A DNA stretch of 64,000 bases from Zootoca vivipara (GCF_963506605.1 NC_083294.1:12090001-12154000), one strand, 5' to 3'. Counted from the stretch's first letter, positions 1 to 17,130 are shown. Numbers and translations are program-made. The notes: generated from the sequence alone by a model not told the origin.

Positions 1-137
1 ATGAGCAGCCTCCCCCCAATCGCAAGTGCTTCGACTGTGACCAACGCGGTCCCACCTACACTGACATGACAGTGGGCAGCTTCGTGTGTACCTCCTGCTC
101 CGGCATCCTACGAGGTTTAAATCCACCTCACAAAGTC
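1..137 (+). pseudogene. AGFG1: AGFG1 (ArfGAP/HRB)-like processed pseudogene fragment, probably in SLC31A1 intron 1
   Basis: Reads MSSLP-(1-nt frameshift at 16-17)-NRKCFDCDQRGPTYTDMTVGSFVCTSCSGILRGLNPPHKV, the AGFG1 ArfGAP C4 zinc finger. Similarity stops abruptly at ~137 and is followed by CR1-like sequence. It may extend left of the window. Confidence 0.8.
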
Positions 138-2364
138 CCTCCCCCTGTGTGCACATCTGTCTCCAAGGCAGGTGGCCATCCAGCCTCTGCTTAAAAGCCT
201 CCAAGGAAGGAGAGCTCTTGACTCAGGATGAGTAGGAGGGGAAAGGGAGAGAATAGAAGAGGCAGAAAATGGAAAAGACCATAACAGAGTGGCAGAGCAC
301 CTTGTGCTCTGTATGCAGAAGGATCCCAGGTTTAACCCCCAGGTACCCCCAAGTTTGAAATCCTGGAGAGCTGCTGCCAGCCTGGTTGACAGTAAAACCT
401 GGATAGCTCAGTTGGCTAAAGTGTGGTGCTTATAATGTGCACGGAAGAGAGCGCCGAGCGTCCTGGGCCAGTGGGACCCAGTTGTACCAGCACTTTAAAA
501 AAAAAGACACTCCCTGAAAATAAGCCACCGTGTGTTGTTGTTTTTTGAGGAAAAAAAGTTATAAGACGGTGTCTTTAAAAAAGGGAAAACACGGTAGGAG
601 GCTGCAATCTTGTGCCTCCTAGGGCTTACTTGCATGGGATTTGTGTTGTAAAAGCATAAATAATCTTCATAAAATAGGAATACTTTTAAGACTCAGGCAG
701 GTAAAACTGAATCTAAAAAAGAAGTTAATGTAGCGACAGCCAAAACACCATTGAAACAAAGTTTTCAATAAATGAAAAAAGAGAAGTGGCTTGACAAATC
801 TCCAAGTGGGGAGGTGCCACTGTTGAAAAGGCCCTGTCATGGGTACCTTTGTAGCTGATTTTCCCAAATGGGACAAGGAGCAGAACCTCGAATTTGGTTC
901 AGTTAAAAAAAAAAAAGTTCAGTGGGACATGTTAAACATTGGCTGCAAAATACCACTTATATGTTGACAAAATTCAGAGAGAATAAACCTGAGCAAGTGG
1001 GTTCAAATTGGAAGAAAAAATTATTTAGACTGGGGATGGGAAACCTCTGGCACTCTGGGTAGTGTTGGTCTCCAGTTTCCACCAGCCCCTGCCAGCCCAG
1101 ACAGTAACCAGGGGTGATGAGCATTGTAGTCCAATAACAGCTGTACTGTAGGCTAGTTTCCCATCTCTGACATAAACATTAGGAAGAACCCTGATGTTAC
1201 AATCTGTTGGGCAGTGAGACAGAGTGTAAGCGGAGGTTTGATGGACATCTATCAGACTCCCTGTATGTAGTACTACATTTACGAAGTGTAGAGATTCCTT
1301 CAAGCTCAATAGCTCTATGAGACCCTCTGCATGCAAAGCGTGTGCTCTGCACCAGGCCACAGCCATTCAAGGACCAGTTTCTATATTTAAAGTTGCAACC
1401 TTGGAGCTATACACAACCCTTTAATATGCATGTGAGTACATGGTGTGCGCTTGTAGCGGGGGAGGTTGCCTAGCACTGGAACACATTCAGCTCTTGATCT
1501 TCATGCTTTTTCATCATTTATGCTAATGTGCAGAGCAGACACAGTGTCGAGAGGTGCAGCCCCTCCCTGCCCTGAGATTCAGCTGCCAGGATTCACTTGG
1601 GTTGCCCGGGCTGCTTGGAAGTCCTGCCTGCGGCAGACAATAAAGTGCTTTCAGGCTGAGCCACTGGCTTCCTGTCAAGAACCGCACACTTTGCTTTGGG
1701 GGCTGTAGCTCTTCTTCTGCACTTGACTGGCTATGTTGTGCAGGGATCTCCTTTTGCAGTGGCTGGAAAACCTCTGAGCATCTGGTATTGCTATGTAAGC
1801 TGTGGGCCTTGGCATGTTTGTGGGGCAGGAAAGAGGCTCTCGCCTCTTTCCTTAAGTTACTTACTATTGTATATTCTTATTTGATACCCACCTTTTTGCC
1901 TGACGTTACGCAAGGCAACTTACAGATAAAAAACAAGAAGGGTTGAAAACATAGAAAAGACAGTAATTAAAAACAACTAAACATTCATAAAATTAAAAAT
2001 GTATACATATATAAAATCTATTAAAACCGTATCAAGAATTGCAATAAAAACAGCACAGCGCCAGACTTTCATTAAAAGCAGTCAATTCCCCCAAGCCTGT
2101 TGGAACAAGAAGGTCATCACCTGCTGGCAGAAGGACAACAAGGAGAGAGCCAGTCTAGCTTCTCTAGGGAGGGAGTTCCAAAGTCTGGGAGCAGACACCG
2201 AGGATGCCGTCTCCCACGTTTGTACCAAGCATGCCTGTGAGGGTAGTGGGACTGAGGGCCTCACTACTGCTGCTGCCATTACCATATCGAAAGTCATTCA
2301 GAGCTGGGTTGGATACTGTAACATTCCAACCTTTTACCATAGTTTCCACCCTTGTTTCTGCCCT

Positions 2365-2915
2365 AGAATCATAGAATCATAGAGTTGGAAGAGACCACAA
2401 GGGCCATCCAGTCCAACCCCCTGCCAAGCAGGAAACACCATCAAAGCATTCCTGACAGATGGCTGTCAAGCCTCTGCGTAAGGACCTCCAAAGAATGAGA
2501 CTCCACCACACTCCTTGTGAGCAAGTTCCACGGTCGAGCAGCTCTTACTGTCAGGAAGTTCTTCCTAATGTTTAGGTGGAATCTTCTTTCTTGTAGCTTG
2601 AATCCATTGCTCCGTGTCCACTTCTCTGGAGCAGCAGAAAACAACCTTTCACGCTCTTCCATATGACATCCTTTAATATATTTGAACATGGCTATCATAT
2701 CACCCCTTAACCTTCTCTTCTCCAGGCTAAACATACCCAGCTCCCTAAGCCGTTCCTCATAAGGCATCCTTTCCAGGCCTTTGACCATTTTGGTTGCCCT
2801 CCTCTGGACACGTTCCAGCTTGTCAGTATCCTTCTTGAACTGTGGTGCCCAGAACTGGACACAGTACTCCAGGTGAGGTCTGACCAGAGCAGAATACAGT
2901 GGTACTATTACTTCC
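2365..2915 (-). mobile_element. CR1 LINE 3' fragment (ORF2 C-terminus, 3' UTR and ATTCTATG tail)
   Basis: ORF 2441..2989 contains [25 protein letters not shown]...[11 protein letters not shown], typical of CR1 ORF2. The terminal octamer repeat (tagaatcatagaatcatag on +) lies at ~2365-2383. Confidence 0.9.
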
Positions 2916-5425
2916 CTTGGGAGACTTCTTGGTTTGCCCCATGCATAGGGATTCTGTGGCCCTCCTGATGTTATTGGACTCCCCATCACCTTAATGAAGA
3001 GTTATTAATCTGTGGATTAACGTTGCAAGGTGATTTGTGGATACATTCTTAAAACCATTTTAAATAATTTTAAAAGCAGCAGAACAACTGTGTATAGGTT
3101 TAAAAGCAACACAGGATGAACACCTAGGCAGAGACCTTTTCCTCTTGTTGAAACAAAGATGAAAACAAACAGTCTTCAATTGTTTCTGGAAAGTACAGAT
3201 GGCAGGTGCCTAACATATATTTTATTATTATTATTTATTCAACTTATACACCACCCTATACACGGAGGTCTCAGAGCGGTTCACAAAATATCTCAAGAGG
3301 AAAACTCAGGAAGATAGTGGGATGCCCACTATCTGGTTCCCCATTCCTGGTTTACACATATAAAATCGCTGGCACCACCAATCCATTTCTTCCTTCATAA
3401 CTTTCCTTGGAGTCAGTCTTCTGCTTTATTCCCTGAAAGTCCTCATCCCTAATTGAAACAAAGCCAACGTGTGGTAGACTTTGATAATATTAATTCCTTG
3501 TTATTCTTGACTTCCTTCTTCCCTCTCTGTTGAAATTTAGGCTGTGAGCTTCTTTGAGCAAGGACATGGCTCTCTTCCTGCACCACTCCCCAAATACATT
3601 ACTCCTTGGAAGTGCCATGGCATTATAAACCATAAAACCCCATTATCTAGCTGAGTTTTCCTGACTCAGAAAAGGGGGGAGGCAGGAGTTTGTGTCCAGT
3701 GTCCATCATTACTAGCTTCCTTACAGTACCTGTAAAGTACCTTCTTTATAGTACCAAACTACTATATAGTTTGGACCACTATATGGTAAACGTTTAAACA
3801 TCTCCTTGCTTGGATTTCTTATCACTTTTCCTCCTGTGGAAACAGCTACACCTTTTCTCTCTCTTTCCCTGGAGACTATTTGATTATCCGTGGCAATGAG
3901 ATTAAAAAGATTTCAGTCCAACCTTCTGTGCACTTAACCATCTCCCGCCTCATTAAATTATGAAGACATGGGGGAGGCTGTTGCTCTGGCAATGGGGACT
4001 AGATGGCTGGGGGCAGCCGATGTCCTTTTCTGCTGCTGGACAACGCCTTCACCTAATGTGACTGTAGAGATCTGTTCCCCATAAAACGCCCAGTTGCCAA
4101 TTAGAGGGGAAAGTTTCCATGCATTTGACTTTTGAGTTGATGTAATTTAAAATAGGTCTGTAGCACAATTAAACCCTGCAGCAACAAAGTTATCTTTGTA
4201 GATGTTTGTGGATAACTCCTGCAGTTCCCAAGCAGAGATTTGATAAAAAGCATGTCCATTTTTGCTTATTCCTGCTCCCTGTCGCGTCATAGAATTGTGG
4301 GTCTGGCTACAAGGTGACCAGGTTCTCTTTTGTCCTCTGTGTAGTGTAGGAGGATGCTCATTGGGCCTGGTGGACCAATGTTATGAAGAATATCAGTAGG
4401 TGGAGCCTGAATCAGTGATAGGTAGAGTGAGTTTTAGTCCAGCCTTTCCCCCCCTTCTGAGTTCTACAAGGGCAGCACTGAGACTTAAGAGGAGGAGTCT
4501 GGGCTGGATGTAAGTAACGAGGCAGGCTGGGGCTGGCAGAGGGCAGACTGAGTTTGGCGGGGCAGTCTCCTGTTTGCTCTACTATGTCTAGGGCAGCCTT
4601 GGAAATTATTACGGAATAGTTCCCGGCCTGCTACATGCTTTTAACTACCCTCTGACACCCTTTCCTTCTCCAGTTCTTAAATGCCAATTCCTTCTGCCAA
4701 GCTACTAAGGGACTCTTCCATGGGCTTGTTGCCCTTCACAGCTGGAAGAGGTGAATGGGATAGCTTTGTACTGCTCTGTCTATTATAGTATAGGTCAGGG
4801 GTCGGCAACATAAGGCCCATGGGTCACAAGTGGCCCACAAGGGTCGTTTAACCAGCCCACGAACCGAGCCACTACTGCTTCATGGTCTGATCTAAAGTAG
4901 ACTGTAGCAGCATCACCATATAAATATATGGGGGGGGGGATAAAAAGAAATGGGTCCCCAAATGCATGCTTGAGTTGAAGTTGGGTCCCAGGTCTGTAAA
5001 GGTTGAAGACTACTGCTGCAGGTGACTTTGGGCCACTCGCCGGCTTTCAGCCTAACCTCAGAGTGGTTGTGAGATACAATGGAGCAGAGAGGGGAAATGA
5101 TGGAATATAAATAAAAAGCACTTTTAATGAATGTACTTCTCCATATACATGTTAGCTATTCTTGCATTGCGCAATCTTCCAGAACTGATTTCCATATCCT
5201 TATAAGGTCTGGAAACTTGGTTTTCCGAAAAAAATTAAAAGAGTAATGAACATTCCAGTGTTTGTGTAGAATATCCCTAGGCTTGGTCTAAGGGCCAAGT
5301 TTCTTAAGATTAGCTACAGGCATGCCTCTTCCGCTAGAGGTACTCTCTTCTTAATGTCTTCTATTGTGTGTGTGTCTTCCAGGCTTCTACAGCATCCCCT
5401 GCCCTCTAGTTCCTTGGGGATCAAA

Positions 5426-8768
<3,343 letters not shown>

Positions 8769-9605
8769 CACCAGACAACGGGTCCAGGCCTTTCCCTACA
8801 GCCTTTGGCAGGGACCAGGTGCAGCCCAGTCTTACTGGAAACCAGGCCAAGAACATCCCATATGATGCCCCCCCACCCAACTTTCTGGGGATGAAACCTG
8901 TGCCTCTCACCTCTCTCCCCCCCCTCCCCATTTATCCCTCCTTCCCAATAAACATGGGCTCCTGACTGGTGGAAAGAGTGCTGATCGCCAGCTAAGATAG
9001 CCTGCTTAGAATGGTTGGCTTTGTATGCTAGATAAAATTAGTGTGTTTGATTGTACTTTTTTGTTTTTAGACTGTACCATGATTGAAAATAGCTGGCAAG
9101 CTGACAGGAAAATTATTCCACGTTCTTTTCATAATACTTTTAAGTAGCATATGCTCTCTTTTTTTTTTGCAGGGGTGGGGTGGACAGGGTGCAAGTGGAT
9201 GGCCATACTCAAATCAGTGGTAGCAGAAAGGTACAGAGAGCCTCAGTCATTATGCCAGTACTTCTTTCTGATAATATAACAGAGGCCTGTGTCATTTTCT
9301 TGGAGGCTCTTGATCACTTGTTTCCTCAATGTTTGAGTCTAGTATTGTGCTCTTCTCCCAAACCCCCAGGCCAAGCAGTTTATGCTGCCCTGGTTTTGGG
9401 CAGCCTGTTGCCTCTGGTCCGGGAACTGCTGCAGCACCTGCTTTCCAGAACAGCAGTGGGCCTCTACACATCAGCCAGGGGTAATAGGCCAACTTCTAGG
9501 AACAACACATAGCTCGTGTGCAACTGGGACCTGCTGATTTAACGGTGGGATGTGCAAAAATGAATGCAAATGAAACCAGTTTTCAAAGTAGCAAGTTCTA
9601 TTTTA

Positions 9606-9611
9606 AATAAA
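9606..9611 (+). promoter_or_regulatory. Candidate polyadenylation signal of SLC31A1 (a more proximal AATAAA is at 8947-8952)
   Basis: AATAAA followed ~20 nt later by a GT/T-rich tract (ggctttgtttcgactttt). Confidence 0.5.
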
Positions 9612-11064
9612 CTGATGGAACAAAACACTGGCTTTGTTTCGACTTTTGGGTAGGGAGAGTGTCTGTCTTATACAAACGGTTTGCATATTGATCCACAAGA
9701 TTGGAACTCCCTCAGACCAGACTGGTTGGGAAATCTTTAGGCAGTTTCTGCTCCAGCGATTCATCGGTCATTCTTTATTGTGGAAGGAGTAAGTGGGTGG
9801 GTTTCGCTCCTGTTATATTTCTGCAATGGCTTTTGTCTATTTCCTGGCCCCTTTAAGATAAAGACCAGCACAGGAGTTGCCAGGGAGCACACATACCTAT
9901 TACCCCCTCCAGACGTTGTTGAACTACAACTCCCATCATCCTCCCTAGCCATTGGCTGATGGAAGTTAGAGTTTAGCAGCATCTGAAGGGCCAAAGGTTC
10001 CCCACACCTGCGTTAATCCATTTACAGGTAGGCATCTCAGTTTGCATTTTCAAGCAGCAAGCTAGCTAGGGATCAATGTCCTTGAAATGTCTAACCATCA
10101 TAAGAAAGTTAGTTTCCCTCCTAAGAACACTACTGGTTTTCTCTGAAGTAACACTATCCCAGAAGAAAGTGCAGGTTGTGCCGGTAGTTCCTGGTATGTT
10201 CTAGATCTAGCCCCAAAATAATAGTGCATGTCTCAGGATGCTGATGGGCTGGGCTGATGGGAGTTGTATTTCAAGACATCTGGAGGGCCAAAGGTTTCCC
10301 CACACCTGCCCTAAGCCCGTCAGCAATACAATGTAAGAAATCTGTCCCGGAAGGGTTACAGGGCTCTGTTGATGGCATCCAGGGCATACCTACCTTCCCC
10401 AAAAGGAACAAATGTGAAGAATGGCAAACCAATTATCTGTTTTAGTGTCATGCAAGAGGCTACTTTCTTAGGTAGAAAGGAGGACCTGGAGGCTGCAATT
10501 GGGCATTAGTGGCCTATGTTGCATGCCAGTGCTCACTTGATGACCCTTAATATACAGATTCAAGAGCTGCTTTGTAGCAGACCACACAAATACAACTAGA
10601 GCTAATGAAGGATGTAACTCTTTTTTTCTGTGCTGATTAATACACAGCCAGTAGGGCCTCTGGGTTTATTCACAAGGAACAAGGAACTCTGCAAGAAAAA
10701 CATCTCATGAGGGACTGGGCCAGTTTTCCCATCAATACAACAAACAATAGTTTAAGTTTGCTGTAGAGAACCTTTGGCCCACCAGATGTTGCTGAACTAC
10801 AACTCCCATCATTCCCAGCTGTTGACCATGCTTGCTGTGGCTGATGGGAGTTGTAGTTCAGGAACTTCTGGAGGGCCAAAGGTGTAGCTGGAAGTGCCAA
10901 ACAGCATCAAACTGAAATAACTGATACAGAAGCCGAATAGGACTTTAATCAGCATTAGTTTGTCCTGCAGTAAAACGTTATGTAGCAAATAGGCTCCTCC
11001 CACTACCTCATTCCCCGGCAGCAGGTATTCACACAGGCATTACTACCTCTGTATCTAGAGGTTA

Positions 11065-11427
11065 GGGACGCGGATGGCGCTGTGGTCTAAACCACTGAAC
11101 CCTTGGGCTTGCCGATCAGAAGGTCGGCGGTTCGAATCCCCGCGATGGGTGAGCTCCTGTTGCTCGGTCCCAGCTCCTGCCAACCTAGCAGTTTGAAAGC
11201 ATGCTAAAAAGTGCAAGTAGATAAATAGGTACCACTCCGGTGGGAAGATAAACGGCGTTTCCATGCGCTGCTCTGGTTTGCCAGAAGCAGCTTAGTCATG
11301 CTGGCCAGATGACCCAGAAGCTGTCTGCAGACAAATGCCAGCTCCCTCAGCCAGTAAAACGAGATAAGTGCCACAACCCCAGAGTCGTCCATGACTGGAC
11401 TTAACGGTCAGGGGTCCCTTTACCTTT
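11065..11427 (+). mobile_element. Sauria SINE, full length
   Basis: 5' GGGACGCGGATGGCGCTGTGGTCTAAACCAC head, GGTTCGAATCCC B-box, 3' GGGGTCCCTTTACCTTT tail; flanked by an aggtta direct repeat. Confidence 0.85.
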
Positions 11428-14400
11428 AGGTTATCTAGCTAATAGCCACCAATTTATTTGCTATGAATTTGACCAATCTCTCTTTAAAGGCATCAAACCA
11501 GTGGTCATTGCCAAATCCTGTGTCAGTGAATTCCATAAACTAATTTGGATGTTCGTCGTTTTGGGTATGTCTTGACTCTGTTGCCATTGATGAGGTAGAG
11601 CATTGCGTAGCAGATGAGGGTTCCCTGTACATGTTGGAACTACAACTGCCAGCACCCCTGGCCATTTGACTAGGGTTGATAGGAGTTGGAGTTCACAACA
11701 TCCGGAGAGGGCTGCCAATTGGCTACCCCTGTCTACAGGAGCCCTTTGGGCAAGTTTATTGGAAGCTAAAAATGAAAGCAGTGTATCATTTAACTCTTGG
11801 TCATTCAATATGTTATTATGTTGCTTAGCATATAATAAGAGAGGCTTTCTTTTAATAATTTGCCTAAGCTCTTCCCTGAAACTACATTTATTGAGTCCTA
11901 ATTCAAATAAAACAGCTCCTCTGTAGGGGAACACTTAGGACTGTAAAGGAAATATTTTGGGCTGATTTCTTAGGCATAATTTCTTTAGAAGGCATCTGCA
12001 ACCCTTCTTGAGCAGGCTTGGCTTTCAGTCCCTGCATATAAAAATCATACCCACTTTTCTGCTTTAGACTTCTGCAAAAATTGACTTTGGAGGCAACAAA
12101 AGAGTAGAATTTAGATAGGCATTTGCTTCAAGTGGTTTTTTTTTTGTTTTTGATTTTTGCAAATTGCTTTGAGTGTGGGTGGTTCTTTTCATCCAAGATC
12201 ACTGCGTGCCCCAAATGAATAATACTTTGTAAGTAAAGTTAGTAACTTTATAAAGTGAGATGTAAGGTTATTACAGAATTTCTGCATGCAGTCTGTCTTT
12301 AGCATGAAGCAAACAAACTGTGTCCTAGTTTGAATGTCACAGTCAAATGGCTTCTCCAGGTCTATGTTGTTGTGTTTTGTGTGTTTTTAACATTTCACTA
12401 TACACTAAGTCACTGAGCTAGGTGCAAGCAGCTTCCAACCTCCTCTGAATCATCCCTTTATAGGCAAGATGCTCATACTAGGGATGGGGAACCTTTGGGC
12501 CCACCAGGTACTGCTGCACAAAAGTTCCCATTTCTGACCAGGGGCTGTGCCGGTTAGGCTAATGGGAGCTGGAGTCCCAACATCTGCAAGGCCACAGATT
12601 TCCCCAGCTCTGCCCTAATGCTAGTATCAGTGTGCTCCTAGCTTTAGGAGACTTAAACTTTCATTTTATATACAGATGGGAGGAAACCAGTCTCTTCTAG
12701 TGTGCCTAATCTTGACTTATATCTTATGTATAACTGGAAGCAAACCAAAACAGGCAATTTGCATCTTATGCGCATTTAACATGTGATTTTAGCAATACAT
12801 GCTTGGCAGCAGCTACATTCCAGCCTTTTTCTTCTGCCTCTGTTTCTCTGCTTGCTCCCTCCCATCGGTCCACAAACCGATGTCTGCCCAGGCAAGTACT
12901 GCTTGGCATGTTCTGTGAGTGGGGTGCCTTTGGTGGAAGTGTAGTAGCTCTGAGAATGAAGATCCGCAATGTTCTCATGAGAAGTTGCAAGAAAGGCTTT
13001 TCGGTCTGGGTGTACTTGAGGCCTCCAGCTTCCTCCCACCTCTGAGCCTTCAACTTGCCAGTTGCCCCCTTTGAATAGTCATGGCTTCTCAAAGAATCCT
13101 GTGAACCTCAGTTAAAGGTACTGAGAGTTGTTAGGAGACCCACTTTCCCCCTCACAGAGTTATAATTCTCAAAGTTCCCATGGTAAAAGGATTGACTGTT
13201 AAGCCACTCAGGGAATTGTAGCTATAAGAGGGCTAGGGGTTTACTAACAACTGCAGCACCCATAACAAATAAAAGTTCCCAAGATTTTTTGGGAGAAATA
13301 ATGATTGCTAAACATATGGCGCAGTTGGGGTCTCATTTTACTTGCTAAAGAATTGTGTTGCTGGTGCTGTATACCCCACCGTGCCCAATAAACAATGGTG
13401 CCTTTCAGTATCTTTTCAGACTTGTCTCTCTCTTCTAGCAAAATATTCTATGGCAGATGTACATTAAATCCAGTTTGAGATTGCCCATCTGATAACATTA
13501 TATAAGTACAGATGAACAGTCTATGTATGTAACTAATAAAGCAGAATGTATCTTATAGAAATTGTGTGTGTGTGTGGAATGTTTCAAAGGACCCTGCATG
13601 GCACCTAGCAGTACCATGAAGCTAGTGTCTTTTTTTTTTATGGCCAGCATATTTCATGCATTTCGGTGTCAAAACATTTTTTAGAATCACACACAGGAGA
13701 TAGATTTTGATGCTGCCTCCCTATATATACTGGCCACATTCACAAAACACATTTAAAACACTATTGTTTTAAATAGTCATGGCTTCGCTCAAAGAATCCT
13801 GGGAACTGATTTGCTAAGAGGGCTGAGAATCGTTAGGAGAATCCTTTTCTGCTCCCAGAGTGGTTTATCAATCCCTCTTCACAGGGGACTCTGGGAATTG
13901 TAGCTCTGTGAAGAGACTAGTGGGTCTTCTAACAACTCTCAGCACCTTTTGGTGGGAGCGATGGTTGAAGCTCGAGAGCAGGCAGAGCTGCAGGCAACAT
14001 GACCACCAGTCAGAAGCATCAGGACTTTGTGGCTGAGCCCATGTGGGACAAGTCTCTTGGTACTTTAGCTGGCATTGGAGATGTACTTGGCAGGAAGCTG
14101 GAAGACAAAGGCTTTGACAAGACGTACATGGTTCTGGGACAGTTCTTAGTGCTGAAGGACAAGGACCTCTTCCGCAAGTGGCTGACGGACACGTGCAGTG
14201 CCAACACCAAGCAATCCAGACTGTTATGGCTGCCTGGAGGAATGGTGTGATGCTTTCTTGTGAATGTTGGCCAAAGCCTGATGGATGCTGCGAGGGCTTT
14301 TGTAGTTGAATAGAGATTGCTCCTCCCCATCTCTCTCAGCACCTTCCAGCATCTACACAGGCTGCTGAAGGCTATTGCTCCCAACACTGGGGTGGGGTAG

Positions 14401-14704
14401 GGGAAGCCATGGTCGCCTTTTAATGTAACTGAATCTTTTTTCCTCCAGGGACAGGATTGAGAAACATCAAATGTTCTAATTTGATGCTCCATGTAGGTCA
14501 TTGTTTTTTACGTGGCTTTAATAGCAACCCCCCTCACTGTTAGGCCACCCAACTCCAGAAACAGAACTGTCTGCTAACAATAATGGAAGCTCCCCTACTC
14601 CCTTTGAGCTCCAATTAGAATGAGGTTTACCCGTCAATTCTGAAGACAAAAGATGTTAGTAGGATTATTATTTTTGTGATTTCTCTCCAGTGTTTGATCC
14701 CCAC

Positions 14705-16739
14705 TGATATAAGCAAAAATCTGCCCTTATTCCCTTATTGCAGGGGTGTCAAACTCAAATTCATCGGGGGGCGCATCAGCAGTTTGGTCACCCTCAAAGG
14801 GCCGGTTGTATCTGTAGGACTATGTGTCCACTCTTTATTATCATAAATTATTGTCACTGCATTCAATTATTACTGTTTTTTGTAATAATGTAAGTAATAA
14901 CTAGCTCTGAAAGCAGAAACATAGTCAGAATAATGGCAAGTAGATATTCAAACGTACAATTATTGTACAATTTATTGAAAAATGATTTTTGATAACTGCA
15001 CTGGGTGGTGGAGGCTCGCTAGGGTTTCATGCAGGACCTTTGCAGAGCTACTAGTACCTGGAGATGCTGGGGTCCTTCCGCATACAGGACAGATGTTCTG
15101 CCAGTGAGCCACCACCCTTCACCAAAGGGACTGGCTGAGGTTGACTCACTGGAGCTGCTCTCCTGGTTCCAGGGTTTAAGGGCCAGAAGTATAAAGCAGC
15201 ATCCTATGTTTCTGAGGAGAGGGAGAGGGAGAGGGAGGGGAGGGGAGGGAGGGAGGAAGGAAAGAGGTGAGAGAAAGAAGAGTAGGAAAGAAGGAATAAA
15301 GAATGAAAGAAAAAGAAAGAGGGAGAGAAGACAGAGATAGAGAAGGAAGGAAGGAGAGGGAAAGAAAGAATAAGAACGAGAGAGAGGAAGGAAGAAAGGG
15401 AAGGGGGGGTGGCCGCCTTGATTCAGCGCCAGAAAAGAGCGCGAAGGGACCCAGGGGCAAAAAGCATTTCCCGTGCAGCGTGAGGCAGCGGGTGTCCGTT
15501 TTAGGAGAAGTGCGTAAAGCCTCAGAGTTGCACGTTCGTGAGGCTGAGCCGCTGCTGAGCTCACGTTCATGAGGCTGAGCCGCGGCAGGAGGAGGAGGAG
15601 GTGAGGCAAGAGGAGGCGGAGGTGGCGGCTTGCCGGAGAGTCCCGAGCCTCTGGGACGCAGCAGTGCACTGCAGCACTTTGAATCCTCCTCCTCCTCCAC
15701 ACAGTGCTGCTGGGTGCTTTGTCTGTGCTTCAGCAGCAGCCGTTTCCAGGCGCCGAGCCGTGGCAGGAGGAGGATTCAAAGTGCTACAGAGCACTGCTGC
15801 ATCACAGAGGCTCGGGACTCTCCGTGCGGCACTGCCGGGCACTGACGCAGCAAGCTGCCTCCTCCTCCTCCTGCTGTGGCTCGGGGCGCTCCACGCAGCG
15901 CTGCTCTGGCCACCTTTCTACCCCCTCCGGCCCCAGCTGTTTGTTGGCGCTTTGTCGGCGCGGCGCTTCAGCAGCAAGGTCCCGCTGCTGGGCCCTGCTG
16001 GCTGGGGCGCTCGGCGGGCCACATGACGATGTCTGGCGGGCCGGATTTGGCCCCCGGGCCTTGTGTTTGACACCCGTGCCTTATGGGGTACACAAGAGCC
16101 CTTATTGGGTTCTCCATTGGAGAATATAACAGAGGCCAACCAGAGAAGTTTGAGAAGCAAAGCCTTTATTTTTGCTGTTGCAACAGGGTCCCTCCCCTCA
16201 CGCAGGAGAACAAGGAAGGAACCCAGAACAAAAGAGAACCTCCACTTTTATCAGTTTCCCCATCACCAAGAAACACCCCCAATACATCATTCCTACATCA
16301 CAACTATGTAATCAATACTTCACAAAAAAGGAGGGTTCAAGGTAGAAATCTGAGTACTTTTGACACCTCTCCTAGTCCTCCTCTCACCCCTCCCAGGTGT
16401 GAATTCCTAAACACAAAGAGAAATTAACATTTTCGTAAGAGTTGATCACTGTTTTGTTTGGAGGAGTCTTCCATTGTGAATGAGATGGCTAGCAGTCTGG
16501 CACCATTGATGGGGAAATGTCCAGGAGGCTCAGGATTATGGCTCCCAAGTTGCTAGTCATGTGGAAATGTGTGTGTGTAATTCAGTGGGGTGGGGGAAAC
16601 TCCAACAAGATGGATATCACTTTAATTCTGGTCAGTTTGGGAGAGTCAAAATGGTTTTCAGGCCTGTCTTCCTGTACTGTTTGCGTGGTACATTTATGAA
16701 CATTTATTATATATGTGTGACCTCGAAATTCTTATAACA
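14705..16739 (-). mobile_element. Solo LTR (~690 bp net), interrupted by a hAT element
   Basis: On the minus strand it begins TGTTATAAG (16739) and ends TATATCA (14705). 4-bp TSD CCAC at 14701-14704 and 16740-16743; internal AATAAA at 16170-16165. Confidence 0.8.
14741..16078. mobile_element. Non-autonomous hAT (Charlie-like) DNA transposon, 1338 bp
   Basis: TIRs CAGGGGTGTCAAAC / GTTTGACACCCGTG (13/14 match); 8-bp TSD ccttattg / ccttatgg. Interior has a GA-rich tract and GC-rich inverted repeats, with no transposase. Confidence 0.85.
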
Positions 16740-16859
16740 CCACTATAATTTTTATGCTACTCGGTTTATTGGCAAGAACCCAAAATCAGCTGTGTTAACT
16801 ATTAAAAAAACAACTCTTAGCAACTGTATCTGCAGCTCCCAGAATTCTTTGTGCCAGGT

Positions 16860-17130
16860 TATCTGATAATGCCTTATCTGCTTGCCTTTTCTGGTAGTCT
16901 GGCCATTCCTTTGAGATGGTAATTACTTAATTCCTGAGACAATGCGAAGGTTCTCTCACCCCCTCCCCCTCCTTGCAGAGAAACATTTGGTCAGTTGGGG
17001 AGTCAAAATGGTTTCAGGACTGTCTTCCTATGCTGCTTCAGACATGTGGTTTATATATTTATTTACGTGTTTGCTTGGTACATTTATTAGATATATATTT
17101 ATTAGATAAGACCTTAAAATTCTTATAAGA
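16860..17130 (-). mobile_element. Second, partial LTR related to the 14705-16739 LTR
   Basis: 16988-17130 (tggtcagttggggagtcaaaatggtttcaggactgtcttcct...aaattcttataa) parallels 16629-16737. Confidence 0.6.

Larger units (their letters stand above)
13945..16808 (+). pseudogene. BANF1: BANF1 (BAF) processed pseudogene; coding remnant 13999..14263, 3' UTR interrupted by an LTR
   Basis: Intronless [41 protein letters not shown]...KQSR, then a 2-nt deletion at ~14220 shifting [13 protein letters not shown] out of frame. ATTAAA plus a short A-tract at 16801-16810. TSD aacaactctcagca (13931-13944) / aacaactcttagca (16809-16822). Confidence 0.92.

Noticed and set aside
13999-14250. Functional BANF1 gene
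   Set aside because: It is intronless with a C-terminal frameshift, a one-codon deletion, non-conservative changes (G16W) and a TSD, so it is a retropseudogene.
15019-16129. Several 100-227 aa ORFs
   Set aside because: They lie in the low-complexity interior of a non-autonomous hAT element and have no transposase motifs.
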